Shown piece after piece: positions 25,892 through 35,338 of a stretch of 64,000 bases of DNA. This stretch comes from Chthoniobacterales bacterium (GTDB taxonomy: Bacteria; Verrucomicrobiota; Verrucomicrobiia; Chthoniobacterales; UBA10450). Numbering within the stretch: the first letter of the stretch is position 1; the number at the start of each line of letters is the position of its first letter. The DNA lies in contig JBBRQE010000001.1 of the NCBI GenBank assembly GCA_038226905.1, positions 1,392 to 65,391 on the forward strand. Reading direction: 5' to 3'. The notes under the pieces are model-generated. The model searched no databases, was not told where the DNA came from, and saw only the letters and a list, made by a program, of their open reading frames with translations. The translations under genes and the position numbers were made by a program.

Positions 25892-26842
25892 ATGACTACA
25901 GTTGATCCTCTTCGGGTAGAACGCCCAACCACCCGTTCACGAGTATTCGCCCATACTCGCTGGGATATCGTTCCCACCCTGGCCGCCCTCTTCCATTTGG
26001 CCTACTTTTTCGCGCTCTTTCTCCTTTATCCGCATGCGCCCCTCTGGCTCATGCTTCTGCTCGGTTTCGTTTATTCCCTCATGGTCAACGCCAACATCAA
26101 CGGCGTCGGACACAACTTCATTCACAATCCATTTTTCCGTTCCGATTTGCTTAACCGCCTCTTCAGCGTGGCCAATTCGGTAGCCTGCTGCTTTTCCCAG
26201 ACCTACTACGACGTGGTCCACATGCAGCACCACAAGGGGAACTCCGATCGACCGGGCGAAAATGGCGAGACCATTGACTGGCTTTCCATTTACCGGCATG
26301 GCCACGAAGGCGAAGCGGAAAATCCATGGTCCTATGTTTTCCTGAGCTTCTTCCGCGACAACCCGGCGGCCATCCGAAGGGAATTGAGCAAGCGTGGGCG
26401 AGCCGATTTGATTTGGGGAAACATCGAATTGGCGGCCTTTGCCCTAACGGCCCTCGTTATGTTCCTGCTCAACTGGCGTTACGTGATCTTCTATCTCCTC
26501 CCCTTCTTTTACCTCGGCCATTGCTTCAGCTATTTGAATGGCTACTTCCGGCACTACGGGGCGGACCCGGACAAGCCGATCGCCTGGGGCGTGAGCAGTT
26601 ACGGCCGCATTTATAACTGGCTCTTTTTCTACAACGGTTACCACGCCGAACATCATTTCCGGCCCAAAGTGCATTGGACGAAAATGGAAGGCTTCCATCG
26701 TCAAATCGCCGATCTGCAAAAGCAGGAAAACGTGCGCGTGATCAACCACGCCCACATGCTCGGGTTCCTCGATCCGAATCTTCCCGGGCGACGAGAGCGA
26801 AGTGATCATCCGATCAAGACGGCCGCGCCTTCCGCTCCGTAA
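25892..26842 (+). CDS. Membrane fatty-acid desaturase family protein
   Basis: ATG 25892 is preferred over the TTG at 25829. Three histidine boxes: HNFIHN, HMQHHKGNS, YHAEHHFRPKVHW. Four hydrophobic segments. Confidence 0.75.
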   Translation: MTTVDPLRVERPTTRSRVFAHTRWDIVPTLAALFHLAYFFALFLLYPHAPLWLMLLLGFVYSLMVNANINGVGHNFIHNPFFRSDLLNRLFSVANSVACCFSQTYYDVVHMQHHKGNSDRPGENGETIDWLSIYRHGHEGEAENPWSYVFLSFFRDNPAAIRRELSKRGRADLIWGNIELAAFALTALVMFLLNWRYVIFYLLPFFYLGHCFSYLNGYFRHYGADPDKPIAWGVSSYGRIYNWLFFYNGYHAEHHFRPKVHWTKMEGFHRQIADLQKQENVRVINHAHMLGFLDPNLPGRRERSDHPIKTAAPSAP

Positions 26843-26936
26843 GCGAACCTTTCTCCCCGCGGGTCCCCCATTCGTCCGCTGCGCCGCCGCACCTTCATAT
26901 CATGCTTAATCGCGCGGAAAAAGCCGGCGGGCGCTC

Positions 26937-28688
26937 GTGACTAGTGTGAACAGGGAAGCGGAGTGTCGCCCCCCACAGCTAGGACGAGCTCAAAGGTTGG
27001 TCGACCATCTTGGGCTGAGCGGGCCGGCCGAACTCATTCTCGCCTTCGCTCTTCTCGTCCTCCTGATCGCCTTCAAGCTAACGAACACCGCCCGTTATAA
27101 ATTCGATACGGATGAGTCGCAACATCTTCACGTCATCTGGGGTTGGGCCCGGGGCTTTGTCCAATACCGCGACCTTTGCGACAATCACATGCCGCTCTTT
27201 CAGATTCTCTTCGCACCGGTTTACGGACTCATCGGAGATCGGCCAGGCGTCCTCCTCTGCATGCGTTTCGTCCTCCTCCCACTTTACGGAGTGGTCGCCT
27301 GGTCTACCTATCGCATCGGTGCTCTCGCCTTTTCCAAACGGGTCGGCCTCTGGGCTGTGATCATGGCGGGATTTTATCCCGGTTATCACTTTTGTTCGCT
27401 GGAGTTTCGGACCGATAACCTCTGGGCTCCCCTCTGGTTGTTGTCGGTCGTCATCCTCTTGCAAAATGGGTTGAACCGGCGTTCCGCCTGCTCGGCCGGA
27501 ATTCTGATGGGCTTATGTTTCGGCGTTTCGATGAAGACCACGCTCCTCCTCATTTCGGTTGTGGTCGGTGGCACGCTCTCGACCTGGCTGGTGAATCGGG
27601 GAAAGCTGCGCCTCCTTCCCTGGCGCGAGCTCGCCTTTTCAGCCGCCCTCTATCTCGCAACCGCCCTGCTCGTTCCCGCAATCATCATTCTGGCTTTTGC
27701 CTCCGCCGGCCTTTGGCCGGCCTTTTGCTATTGGGTGTTCGAGAACAATGTCCTGCCCGGACTGCGCAATCATCCAGCCTGGTGGATCTTTATCCTGCCG
27801 GTTTCCTTCCCTCTGGTCGTCGCGGCCGCCGCCTGGCTGGTCCGACGGGCGCCAACTGGGCCGGCCACTTCTCGCCGGACCTTCCTTTTCCTTGTCTGGG
27901 GTTTTTATGTTCCCGCCCTGTGGAGCTTCTGGCCGCTTGTCACGCGGCAGGATTATCTTCCCTACCAGCCCCTCGCCTTTGTTTTGTACTCGGCCCTCCT
28001 TCTCTTCATTTCAAACCGTTTGGTTCGAAAAGAGGCTGGAACAACGATTCGCCTTCTCATTGGACCCGCCCCCGTGGCCGTTTCCTTCTTCCTCATTGCC
28101 TTGCTCGCGCACCCGTTTTGGGTGGATGGAGCAAAACCCGAAACCGACTTGCTTCGAAGTACCCTGCAACTGACCTCGCCAGGCGATTTTGTCCTCGATC
28201 AAAAGGGTGAGACGGTCTTCCGGCAGCGCGCTTTCGCACCGATTTGGGAGCCGCTCGTCATGGAACGCATCCGGCGGGGCCTCATGCCCGATAATGCCGC
28301 CCAGCGCTGCCTGGAAACGCGCACCTGCGTTGCCACAAAAGAGAGGGACATGTCCGAACAGGCGACCCGCTTCGTCGAGCGATACTATTTGTCGGTCGGA
28401 ACACAGTTATACGTCGCCGGCTCTTTCCTGGAGGGATCGGCGTCCGGCGATGGAACGATCGGTTTTGAAATCGCCATTCCTGCGGCCTACAGAATCGTGG
28501 CGAAAAATTCCGGCCCGGTGCAGGGATCGCTCGACGGAACGCCATATGCCGGGGAAGCCCGCGCGCTCGCGCCGGGATGGCACTCGCTATCGCAAAGTGC
28601 GAACGCCAGTCCCCTCGCCGTTGTCTGGGCCCAAGCCATCGATCGAGGATTCAGCCCCTTCCCGCGTAATACCCCGCCTCACAGCTAG
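26937..28688 (+). CDS. Polytopic membrane protein, GT-C (ArnT/PMT-like) glycosyltransferase fold suspected
   Basis: 583 aa, GTG start. About 11 TM segments, then a ~190-aa soluble C-terminal domain. An acidic FDTDESQH motif follows TM1, as in GT-C enzymes. Assignment is by architecture only. Confidence 0.45.
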   Translation: MTSVNREAECRPPQLGRAQRLVDHLGLSGPAELILAFALLVLLIAFKLTNTARYKFDTDESQHLHVIWGWARGFVQYRDLCDNHMPLFQILFAPVYGLIGDRPGVLLCMRFVLLPLYGVVAWSTYRIGALAFSKRVGLWAVIMAGFYPGYHFCSLEFRTDNLWAPLWLLSVVILLQNGLNRRSACSAGILMGLCFGVSMKTTLLLISVVVGGTLSTWLVNRGKLRLLPWRELAFSAALYLATALLVPAIIILAFASAGLWPAFCYWVFENNVLPGLRNHPAWWIFILPVSFPLVVAAAAWLVRRAPTGPATSRRTFLFLVWGFYVPALWSFWPLVTRQDYLPYQPLAFVLYSALLLFISNRLVRKEAGTTIRLLIGPAPVAVSFFLIALLAHPFWVDGAKPETDLLRSTLQLTSPGDFVLDQKGETVFRQRAFAPIWEPLVMERIRRGLMPDNAAQRCLETRTCVATKERDMSEQATRFVERYYLSVGTQLYVAGSFLEGSASGDGTIGFEIAIPAAYRIVAKNSGPVQGSLDGTPYAGEARALAPGWHSLSQSANASPLAVVWAQAIDRGFSPFPRNTPPHS

Positions 28689-28728
28689 TGTAGGTTGCGC
28701 CCCTTGAGCTGTAGGGCTACCGCGAAAG

Positions 28729-29865
28729 GTGTCGCCGCTCCCCTCTCTTCGACCTAATTCCAACTCCCGGTTGATGCTGATTGCGCCGCATCCCAACGAT
28801 GAAGCGCTGGCGGCTGGCGTCATCCTGCATCGCGCCCTCCAGGCCGGTTCGGCCGTGCGCGTGGTTTACGTGACCGATGGCGACAACAATCCGTGGCCGC
28901 AGAGAATTATGGAAAGAAAATGGCGGCTGGACGCGGTCGATCGCCAGCGTTGGGGCCGGCTGCGTCGCGGTGAAGCCATCGCGGCCTTGCGCATACTGGG
29001 ACTGGATAGAAAGCACGCCGATTTTCTTGGACTGCAGGACCAAGGCCTAACGACGCTGTTATTGGGCGAAACCCTGCCAACGACCGCTTATATTTCCGAT
29101 ATTATAAGGAAGTGGCGGCCCACCGAACTCCTTCTGCCGGTCGCCTGCGACAGACATCCGGATCACAGTGCCGTGGCCGTCCTGACCCGCCTCGCACTCT
29201 CCCATCTGGGCGCTGTTTTGCCCGAAATCCAGCCGTGGAGCTACCTCGTCCACGGCCGCAGCGACTCTTTCTCCGGCTTGGCCGAGCCTCTTGTCCAGAC
29301 GGCAGCCGAGACCATCCGCAAAAGATGCGCTATTCGTTGCCACAAATCCCAGATCAAGCTGTCGCGGCGGCGCTTTCTGGAATACGCCATGCGTCCGGAA
29401 TGCTTCGTCCCAGTGGCTACAAACGCGGCGGCGGGGTCCATTCGTTCGGCCAGTCGCGCGGAGCAAATGATCCGCCTCGATTTCGACATGCAGTCCAAGC
29501 TCTGGTTTGCGGCAGGGGACGCGGATATCCTCATGCTCGGTCAGGATCCATCCGGCGCGCCCAAATCCCTGCGTATTTCCATGCCATCGCGTTCCGGCGT
29601 GATCACGGTGGAAGATTGGAAAACGCGGAGACCTCTCTCGACGGCGCGTTTCCAGAAGGCGGGCTTCACCGGAAGCATGTTCATACCGGAGAATCTCTTC
29701 TCCACCAAGGCGAGCCTCTTTGTAAAATATAATCGCCCCTCCTGGTTCTTCGATGAAGCCGGGTGGTTCGAATTGTCGCCGCCCCAAGCGAAGCATCACC
29801 CCAACACTGCGGGGGCCACCGACGAAAAAGAATTACCCCTCTCCTACTCAGCTAGTGCGCTGTAA
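28729..29865 (+). CDS. PIG-L / LmbE family de-N-acetylase with a ~150-aa C-terminal extension
   Basis: MLIAPHPNDEALAAG (PHPDDE-type motif), YVTDGDNN, DRHPDHSAV (HPDH motif). Start is GTG 28729 or ATG 28774. Confidence 0.75.
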   Translation: MSPLPSLRPNSNSRLMLIAPHPNDEALAAGVILHRALQAGSAVRVVYVTDGDNNPWPQRIMERKWRLDAVDRQRWGRLRRGEAIAALRILGLDRKHADFLGLQDQGLTTLLLGETLPTTAYISDIIRKWRPTELLLPVACDRHPDHSAVAVLTRLALSHLGAVLPEIQPWSYLVHGRSDSFSGLAEPLVQTAAETIRKRCAIRCHKSQIKLSRRRFLEYAMRPECFVPVATNAAAGSIRSASRAEQMIRLDFDMQSKLWFAAGDADILMLGQDPSGAPKSLRISMPSRSGVITVEDWKTRRPLSTARFQKAGFTGSMFIPENLFSTKASLFVKYNRPSWFFDEAGWFELSPPQAKHHPNTAGATDEKELPLSYSASAL

Positions 29866-30145
29866 TCTGGAAAGTCGCCCGCAGCTTTTCCTTCTTCTCC
29901 TCACAGTCCACCTGCAGCCGGCGCACTTCTGAAACGAGCTGTTTTTCCAGTTGCTCGAGATCTTCGGCCTTGCCCGCGCTCCGGGCTTTTTCAATCTGGT
30001 CTTTGAGGAAAACTTCGCGTTCGGCGATTTTCGCCCGGAAATTGGAATCGATTTCCGCGATCTGCTTTTTCTGGCTGACGTTCAAAGAGAGAGAGGGCGT
30101 CGCCTTTTCCAGTCGCTCCATGGCCAGTTCGTATGCCGATTTCAT
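29852..30145 (-). CDS. Small coiled-coil protein, hypothetical
   Basis: 97 aa with heptad-rich Lys/Glu sequence (QIAEIDSNFRAKIAEREVFLKDQIEKARSAGKAEDLEQLEKQL). Overlaps the PIG-L 3' end by 14 nt (convergent). Confidence 0.4.
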   Translation of the reverse strand: MKSAYELAMERLEKATPSLSLNVSQKKQIAEIDSNFRAKIAEREVFLKDQIEKARSAGKAEDLEQLEKQLVSEVRRLQVDCEEKKEKLRATFQITAH

Positions 30146-30270
30146 CTGTCTATCGTTACTGTTGAGTCGTTCGAACCGGCACGCAAGGCGTCAGTAGGGC
30201 GGGCCGGCTCGATCTCTCTGCCTCCCGGCCGATTGCGTTAGCCCGATCAATTCCTAAGTTAACCGCTCGA

Positions 30271-31056
30271 ATGGCCGCGAAAATCCAGCTCCTAAGCACC
30301 GACTTCGACGGGACGATTGTTTCGCGCGTGAGCGATCCCCCTCTCGATCAGGGCTGCCTCGAATTCATCCGTAAGCTACAAGGGGAAGGCGCGCTCTGGG
30401 CCATCAACACGGGTCGCTCCGTCGATCTCCTTGAGTCGGGTCTGGCCGATTTTTCGTTTCCCTTCCGGCCCGATTTTATCCTAACGAGTGAGCGCGATGT
30501 CTTCCGGCCGGCTGCTCGAGGCCAAAGGTGGGAGGCTTTTGGCGATTGGAACGAGCGCTGCGCCCGGGCCCACGCCGAGCTTTATACCTCGGCCACCTCT
30601 GTCCTCGAAGAGGTTATTGATTTCGTGAATCAAAAAACCAAAGCGCGCATGATCTACGAGGCGGACGGCGTCTCCGGTTTGATCACGACCAACGAGGAGG
30701 AGATGGAGCGCGTCACTCAGTTCATCGAACAAGCGCGATCCAGGCAGCCGAAATTTCATTATCAGCGCAATACGGTCTACCTGCGCTTCTGCCACTCCGA
30801 CTACCACAAAGGGGCGGCTCTGGCGGAACTGGCGCGCCTCCTGCAGGTTGGACGCGAAAATATCTTCGCGGCTGGCGACCATCACAACGATTTGTCGATG
30901 CTCGATGGCGTATTTGCCGCCATGCCGGCCTGTCCGGCCAATGCCATTCCGGAAGTGAAAGCGACCGTGCGCCGAGCGGGCGGCTACGTGGCCCAAGGCG
31001 AGCATGGCGCCGGAATTCACGAAGCGCTCCTGCACTTCACCGAGTCTAACCGTTAA
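30271..31056 (+). CDS. HAD-IIB (Cof-type) phosphatase
   Basis: 261 aa. LLSTDFDGTIV (DxD motif I), INTGRS (motif II), AAGDHHNDLSML (motif IV). Confidence 0.7.
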   Translation: MAAKIQLLSTDFDGTIVSRVSDPPLDQGCLEFIRKLQGEGALWAINTGRSVDLLESGLADFSFPFRPDFILTSERDVFRPAARGQRWEAFGDWNERCARAHAELYTSATSVLEEVIDFVNQKTKARMIYEADGVSGLITTNEEEMERVTQFIEQARSRQPKFHYQRNTVYLRFCHSDYHKGAALAELARLLQVGRENIFAAGDHHNDLSMLDGVFAAMPACPANAIPEVKATVRRAGGYVAQGEHGAGIHEALLHFTESNR

Positions 31057-31101
31057 AAAACCAAGCGAGCGAAGTCCTTCAAACAAAGAATCTCGAGGGC
31101 A

Positions 31102-31854
31102 TTAGGGTTCTGTAATCTGTGGAGAGTCTTGAGTTGCGACAGAGAGCGCGAGGGGTGCGTCCGCCTCGATTTTTCCAGCGAACCGATTTGTCATGTAAGT
31201 CAGAAGCAGGACCCAAAATACCAGCGCCAGACTGAAGAGAGGAAACTGCACTGGATAGGGTAACGAATAAATGATGGCCATGAGCGGCCCCCACACCACC
31301 CATGTCGCCAGGAGCGTTGGGATAATCTTGTCCCGGTAGTGCGCCCAACTGAAGCTCCGTCGAACCGACTGCCCGGAAAATCCTTCGTTCTTCCATTCAT
31401 AAACGAGCACTTCGGCCGGTGCCGCAAAAAAAGGGTTATAGCCAAATTGGTCGACACAGATCTTGGCTAGAACCACCGGAATGGTGACGACGTCGCCAAA
31501 CCATCTCGCGTTTTGCCGATACATGAGATCGACCAGGATGGCATCGATGGCCCAGGTAGGAACGGTAAAGGCCAGGTTCCGCAGGTTCTGCCGGCGCCCT
31601 TTTCCTTTTTGAAAAAAGAAAATGACGAAGAGTTCGGGTAGCACGGCGCCCGCGATGATGCCGGTAACGACGACGAAAAGAAGACTGTGCTGTTCCTTGT
31701 AACGGGCGAGTTGATCGAGGAGCCCGGCAAATCTTGCACTGGCATAGTAGGCGACGAGAATCGCCAGCATGGCCCCCTGCAGGATAAAGCCGGGGAGCGC
31801 GTTGGCCTTGGCCGCCTGCCATCCAATCGTGAGCGGCGTGCGCGGTTTCGCCAT
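31102..31854 (-). CDS. Integral membrane protein (possibly Mpv17/PMP22-like)
   Basis: Start set at MAKPRTPL (31854). About six hydrophobic segments. The C-terminal WVVWGPLMAIIYSLPYPVQFPLFSLALVFWVLLLTYM resembles the Mpv17/PMP22 signature; weak. Confidence 0.35.
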   Translation of the reverse strand: MAKPRTPLTIGWQAAKANALPGFILQGAMLAILVAYYASARFAGLLDQLARYKEQHSLLFVVVTGIIAGAVLPELFVIFFFQKGKGRRQNLRNLAFTVPTWAIDAILVDLMYRQNARWFGDVVTIPVVLAKICVDQFGYNPFFAAPAEVLVYEWKNEGFSGQSVRRSFSWAHYRDKIIPTLLATWVVWGPLMAIIYSLPYPVQFPLFSLALVFWVLLLTYMTNRFAGKIEADAPLALSVATQDSPQITEP

Positions 31855-31946
31855 GGTGGCAGACACTTCTCCGACAACCTGCAGGAGCAAGCGGAATTTG
31901 TGCTCGACTCAGCCTGTCGGCTGGCCGCCTGCAACCTAATCAATCG

Positions 31947-32147
31947 CTAAAAGTGCACGTTGGCACCCGCCCCACCGGCACCGGCCGAAGGAGTTAACGC
32001 GCCCCCGCCTCCAATGTCTTCGCCCGGCACGGATCTCTTAGGCGCGGTGCTGGATTGCTGCGACGACTCTCCCTCCGGGGAGGCGCACCCGCTCAGCCAT
32101 AAAGCCGTCACGCACAGAAATATTGCAAGCCATCCAAACCGTTTCAT
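31947..32147 (-). CDS. Small Gly-rich lipoprotein
   Basis: ATG 32147. MKRFGWLAIFLCVTALWLSGC-ASPEGESSQQ... 66 aa, lipobox LSGC. The longer track ORF (to 32249) lacks a signal peptide. Confidence 0.5.
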   Translation of the reverse strand: MKRFGWLAIFLCVTALWLSGCASPEGESSQQSSTAPKRSVPGEDIGGGGALTPSAGAGGAGANVHF

Positions 32148-32237
32148 CACGTCCAGAGTAACCACTAACAGCCGGCACTCAAGGCGCCTCACCGGAAAAA
32201 TGACACATGGACCCTTGGATTCCACCACGTTTGATGA

Positions 32238-33347
32238 TTGACCCGCCATCCTTTAACTTCGTTCGTGGCCGACCCCGACAAGGCAGACATCCGATCTCTC
32301 CGGCTAACCGACCTGCAAAGCGCGGTGGCAGCCGCCGGCCAGCCGGCCTATCGAGCTACTCAAATCGCGGAATGGCTCTACCACAAACGCGTCGAATCAT
32401 GGGACTCCATGACCGATCTGCCGCGACTCCTCCGCGGAAAACTGGCCGGCGAGTTCGTTCTGCAACCCCCGGTGACGGTCCGGGTCCTCGGCTCGGCCGA
32501 TACCACCCAAAAATTTCTTTTCCGATTGGCGGACGGAAGTTTGATTGAATCGGTCCTCATCCCGGCTTCCCCTGCCCTTTACGGCGAACGGTCGGATCGA
32601 CGCACCCTCTGCCTGTCCACGCAGGTGGGCTGCGCCTACGGCTGCAAGTTCTGCGCGAGCGGCCTGGACGGTTTTTCGCGCAACCTTCAGCCTAACGAGA
32701 TAGTCGATCAAATCATGGCAGTGGAACGAGCCAGCGCCCAGAAGGTTGATAATCTCGTCTTCATGGGCATGGGCGAACCCCTCGCCAATTTCGAAAACCT
32801 GATGAAAGCCATCCAGATAATCAACGCTCCGTGGGGTCTGGGCATTGGCGCACGCCACATCACGCTCTCCACCAGCGGCCTCCCTCCGCAGATTGAAAAA
32901 CTGGCCGACCAGCCCCTCCAGATTCGACTAGCCGTCTCGCTGCATGGCGCCAGCGACGAAGTGCGCAATCAAATCATGCCGGTCAATCGGCGCTACAATC
33001 TGGAAACGCTCCTGGCGGCCTGCGATTACTATATTGCGCGCAAGAAGCAGCGCCTGACCTTCGAATATATCCTGATCGAAGGAATCAACGACACGGACGA
33101 TCAGGCGCACCTGTTGGCCCGGCATGCCCGGCGCGTCTCGGCCAGGATCAACCTCATACCGTATAATACAGTGGAAGGCCTGGAGTGGTCGCGGCCCTCG
33201 CGCAATCGCCAGGAAACGTTTCTCTCGATCCTCCGCGGGCACGGTGTGGGGGCTACTTTGCGACGCGAAAAAGGACACGACATCGCGGCGGCCTGCGGGC
33301 AGTTACGCCTTCAAACGAAGCGGGCTGAAGTGGCTTTATCTTCCTAG
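32238..33347 (+). CDS. rlmN: 23S rRNA/tRNA (adenine-C2)-methyltransferase RlmN (radical SAM)
   Basis: 369 aa (TTG 32238 or GTG 32262 start). YRATQIAEWLY, radical-SAM CAYGCKFCASG, MGMGEPLAN, C-terminal DIAAACGQL. Confidence 0.85.
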   Translation: MTRHPLTSFVADPDKADIRSLRLTDLQSAVAAAGQPAYRATQIAEWLYHKRVESWDSMTDLPRLLRGKLAGEFVLQPPVTVRVLGSADTTQKFLFRLADGSLIESVLIPASPALYGERSDRRTLCLSTQVGCAYGCKFCASGLDGFSRNLQPNEIVDQIMAVERASAQKVDNLVFMGMGEPLANFENLMKAIQIINAPWGLGIGARHITLSTSGLPPQIEKLADQPLQIRLAVSLHGASDEVRNQIMPVNRRYNLETLLAACDYYIARKKQRLTFEYILIEGINDTDDQAHLLARHARRVSARINLIPYNTVEGLEWSRPSRNRQETFLSILRGHGVGATLRREKGHDIAAACGQLRLQTKRAEVALSS

Positions 33348-33465
33348 TGTTACGAAAGCCCGTTTGAGGGAGGAGCGTCTGCGACACCGCCCGGGCGCGC
33401 CCCCACCGTATTTACCATCTCCACTCGCCCCCGTCGCGCGAACGCCCGGATAGGGTACCCGCGCG

Positions 33466-33487
33466 TCACGCAAAAACTTTTGCGTGA
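33466..33487. promoter_or_regulatory. Perfect 10+10 palindrome TCACGCAAAA-AC-TTTTGCGTGA
   Basis: Read directly from the sequence. Lies 118 nt after the rlmN stop and 27 nt upstream of ATG 33515. Could be an operator or a terminator; function unknown. Confidence 0.3.
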
Positions 33488-33607
33488 GCCATAAAGCGGC
33501 ATTAAGTCTTATTCATGTCTGGCTTCGATCACGAGCCCGAGCGCGCTTGGGACGAATATGATTGGGAGCGTTTTCTGCAGCAGCAGGATCACAAGACCTA
33601 AAAATAC

Positions 33608-34186
33608 ATGGAGCTGCTCGAGAAATATCTGGACGATCCGCAGCGTGATCAAATCATCGCTCGCGAAATGGGATGGACCCAGTTGATCGACTCGAAAGAC
33701 TGGAGCTCGGAGGTGGATGCTTTCCTCGATGAGGAGGGTATCCCGGACGAGGAAGATCTGGAGGAAGACGAAGTGACGGACGCACCCGACACTTTTGAGG
33801 ATCATAGTTTGTACCGGGCGGCCTTTGCCCTAACCATCTGGATTGACCGCTTGTTCGATCAAAGTCCGGCCCTCCAAAACGAGCCGGGCGCGGTCAAACT
33901 GGCCACTCACTCCGCTCTGGCCAGTGCCAAGCTGGCCGCCGCCTTGAGCGACGATGGGGTCGATGAAATTGGCATGACCATTGCCTACTTGAAGCGTGCT
34001 TTGAAGGCCATCACCACGTCCATGGATGCCGCTTCGCAGCTTCTTTCGGAAAGGCTGATCACGGGCGAGCAGCACGGGGTGCTCTTGCAGCGCCTCTTCC
34101 AGGTGCGGGACGGAATTATCACCCTGATGGGTGAATATCGCGGCGAATGGCGACGCCGTTTCGGCTCCGAAGGCTTTCGGGGTTGA
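33608..34186 (+). CDS. Acidic hypothetical protein (upstream of an ECF sigma); an in-frame 28-codon leader is cut off by TAA 33599
   Basis: 192 aa with no recognisable domain. The same frame is open from ATG 33515 (MSGFDHEPERAWDEYDWERFLQQQDHKT) to a single TAA, then KY-M(33608). Confidence 0.5.
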   Translation: MELLEKYLDDPQRDQIIAREMGWTQLIDSKDWSSEVDAFLDEEGIPDEEDLEEDEVTDAPDTFEDHSLYRAAFALTIWIDRLFDQSPALQNEPGAVKLATHSALASAKLAAALSDDGVDEIGMTIAYLKRALKAITTSMDAASQLLSERLITGEQHGVLLQRLFQVRDGIITLMGEYRGEWRRRFGSEGFRG

Positions 34187-34213
34187 ATGAATTAACGGCC
34201 TTTCCGTCCAACT

Positions 34214-34825
34214 ATGCATACGGAAGCGACTCCGGCTCAGCCCGATGTGTCGGACCTGGAACTGGTGACCAAGTGCCAGTCCGGTGATTCCCAGGCATTC
34301 GATGAGCTGGTAACCCGCTACAGAACCCGTGTATTTGGAATGATTTATAACATGGTTCATAACGAGCAGGATGCCTGGGATCTTGCTCAAGACAGCTTCG
34401 TCAAGGCGTGGAAATCCATTCAGCGCTTTCGCGGGCAATCCTCCTTTTACACTTGGATTTACCGCATCGTCATGAATGTAACCATCGACTTTGTCCGGAA
34501 AAAACAGGTCAAGGGCACAGGCGCGGAATTCGACGACGCCATTCAGCTAAAAGAGATTAACCCTGCGGCGAAAACCATGCCGAAGCCGGATGCGCTGCCC
34601 TACGAGCAGTTGCAACAGGGAGAAATAAAGTCGCGGATTGACCAGGCCATCACACAGCTTTCACCCGAGCATCGCGCCGTCATTTTGATGAAGGAGATAG
34701 AAGACATGCAGTATCACGAAATTGCCGAGACGCTCGGATGCTCGATTGGGACCGTCATGTCGCGCCTGTTTTACGCGCGCAAGAAGTTGCAGAATCTGTT
34801 GAAGGACGTTTATGAAAACATTTGA
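34214..34825 (+). CDS. ECF-type RNA polymerase sigma-70 family factor
   Basis: 203 aa. Region 2 FDELVTRYRTRVFGMIYNMVHNEQDAWDLAQDSFVKAW, region 4 YHEIAETLGCSIGTVMSRLFYARKKL. Confidence 0.85.
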   Translation: MHTEATPAQPDVSDLELVTKCQSGDSQAFDELVTRYRTRVFGMIYNMVHNEQDAWDLAQDSFVKAWKSIQRFRGQSSFYTWIYRIVMNVTIDFVRKKQVKGTGAEFDDAIQLKEINPAAKTMPKPDALPYEQLQQGEIKSRIDQAITQLSPEHRAVILMKEIEDMQYHEIAETLGCSIGTVMSRLFYARKKLQNLLKDVYENI

Positions 34826-35330
34826 GGAAAAGTGGACCGCCTGGCTCGACGACCAGATCAGCGGTCAGGAGCTGGCCGATTTTGAAGCTTCCTTACCCGA
34901 CAAGGCCGTGGCCGCGGCGGAGAAGAAAGGCGCGCATCAGCTCGGTCTTCTCTTGAAGCGGGAAATCATCGCACCCGCCTTTACCAACGAAGAATTTTTC
35001 AGTCACCAGCTGCGCGAACGAATCGCGCGCGAAGAGGCGCTTCCCTCGTCAGAGCGCGGTTCGGGTTTTTCCACCTGGTGGACGATTCGCCGCCTTTTTT
35101 GGACTGGCGCCACTTCCATGGCGTTGTTCCTCATCTGCGCGGTCTTCGTCATGCGTGATAAGGATCCGACTGAACCGTCGCCCTATCTCTCACAAATTCT
35201 GACCGCTCGAATCGATCCAACGGTCAGCCCTAATGCCACCGTCACGATGTTTGATTCGAAAGAGGACCGGGTAACGGTGCTCTGGACGGAAGGATTGAAA
35301 TCGTTGCCATCAGATTACGCAGCGAAGTAA
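34812..35330 (+). CDS. Putative single-pass anti-sigma factor
   Basis: 172 aa. Overlaps the sigma gene by 14 nt. N-terminal WTAWLDDQISGQELADFEASL, one TM (LFWTGATSMALFLICAVFVM), no zinc motif. Confidence 0.55.
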   Translation: MKTFEEKWTAWLDDQISGQELADFEASLPDKAVAAAEKKGAHQLGLLLKREIIAPAFTNEEFFSHQLRERIAREEALPSSERGSGFSTWWTIRRLFWTGATSMALFLICAVFVMRDKDPTEPSPYLSQILTARIDPTVSPNATVTMFDSKEDRVTVLWTEGLKSLPSDYAAK

Positions 35331-35338
35331 GGTCGCGC

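Noticed and set aside
33509-33805. 98-aa minus-strand ORF opposite the acidic hypothetical gene.
   Set aside because: It is the antisense of a better-supported plus-strand frame that continues for 192 codons and is positioned as the first gene of the sigma operon region.
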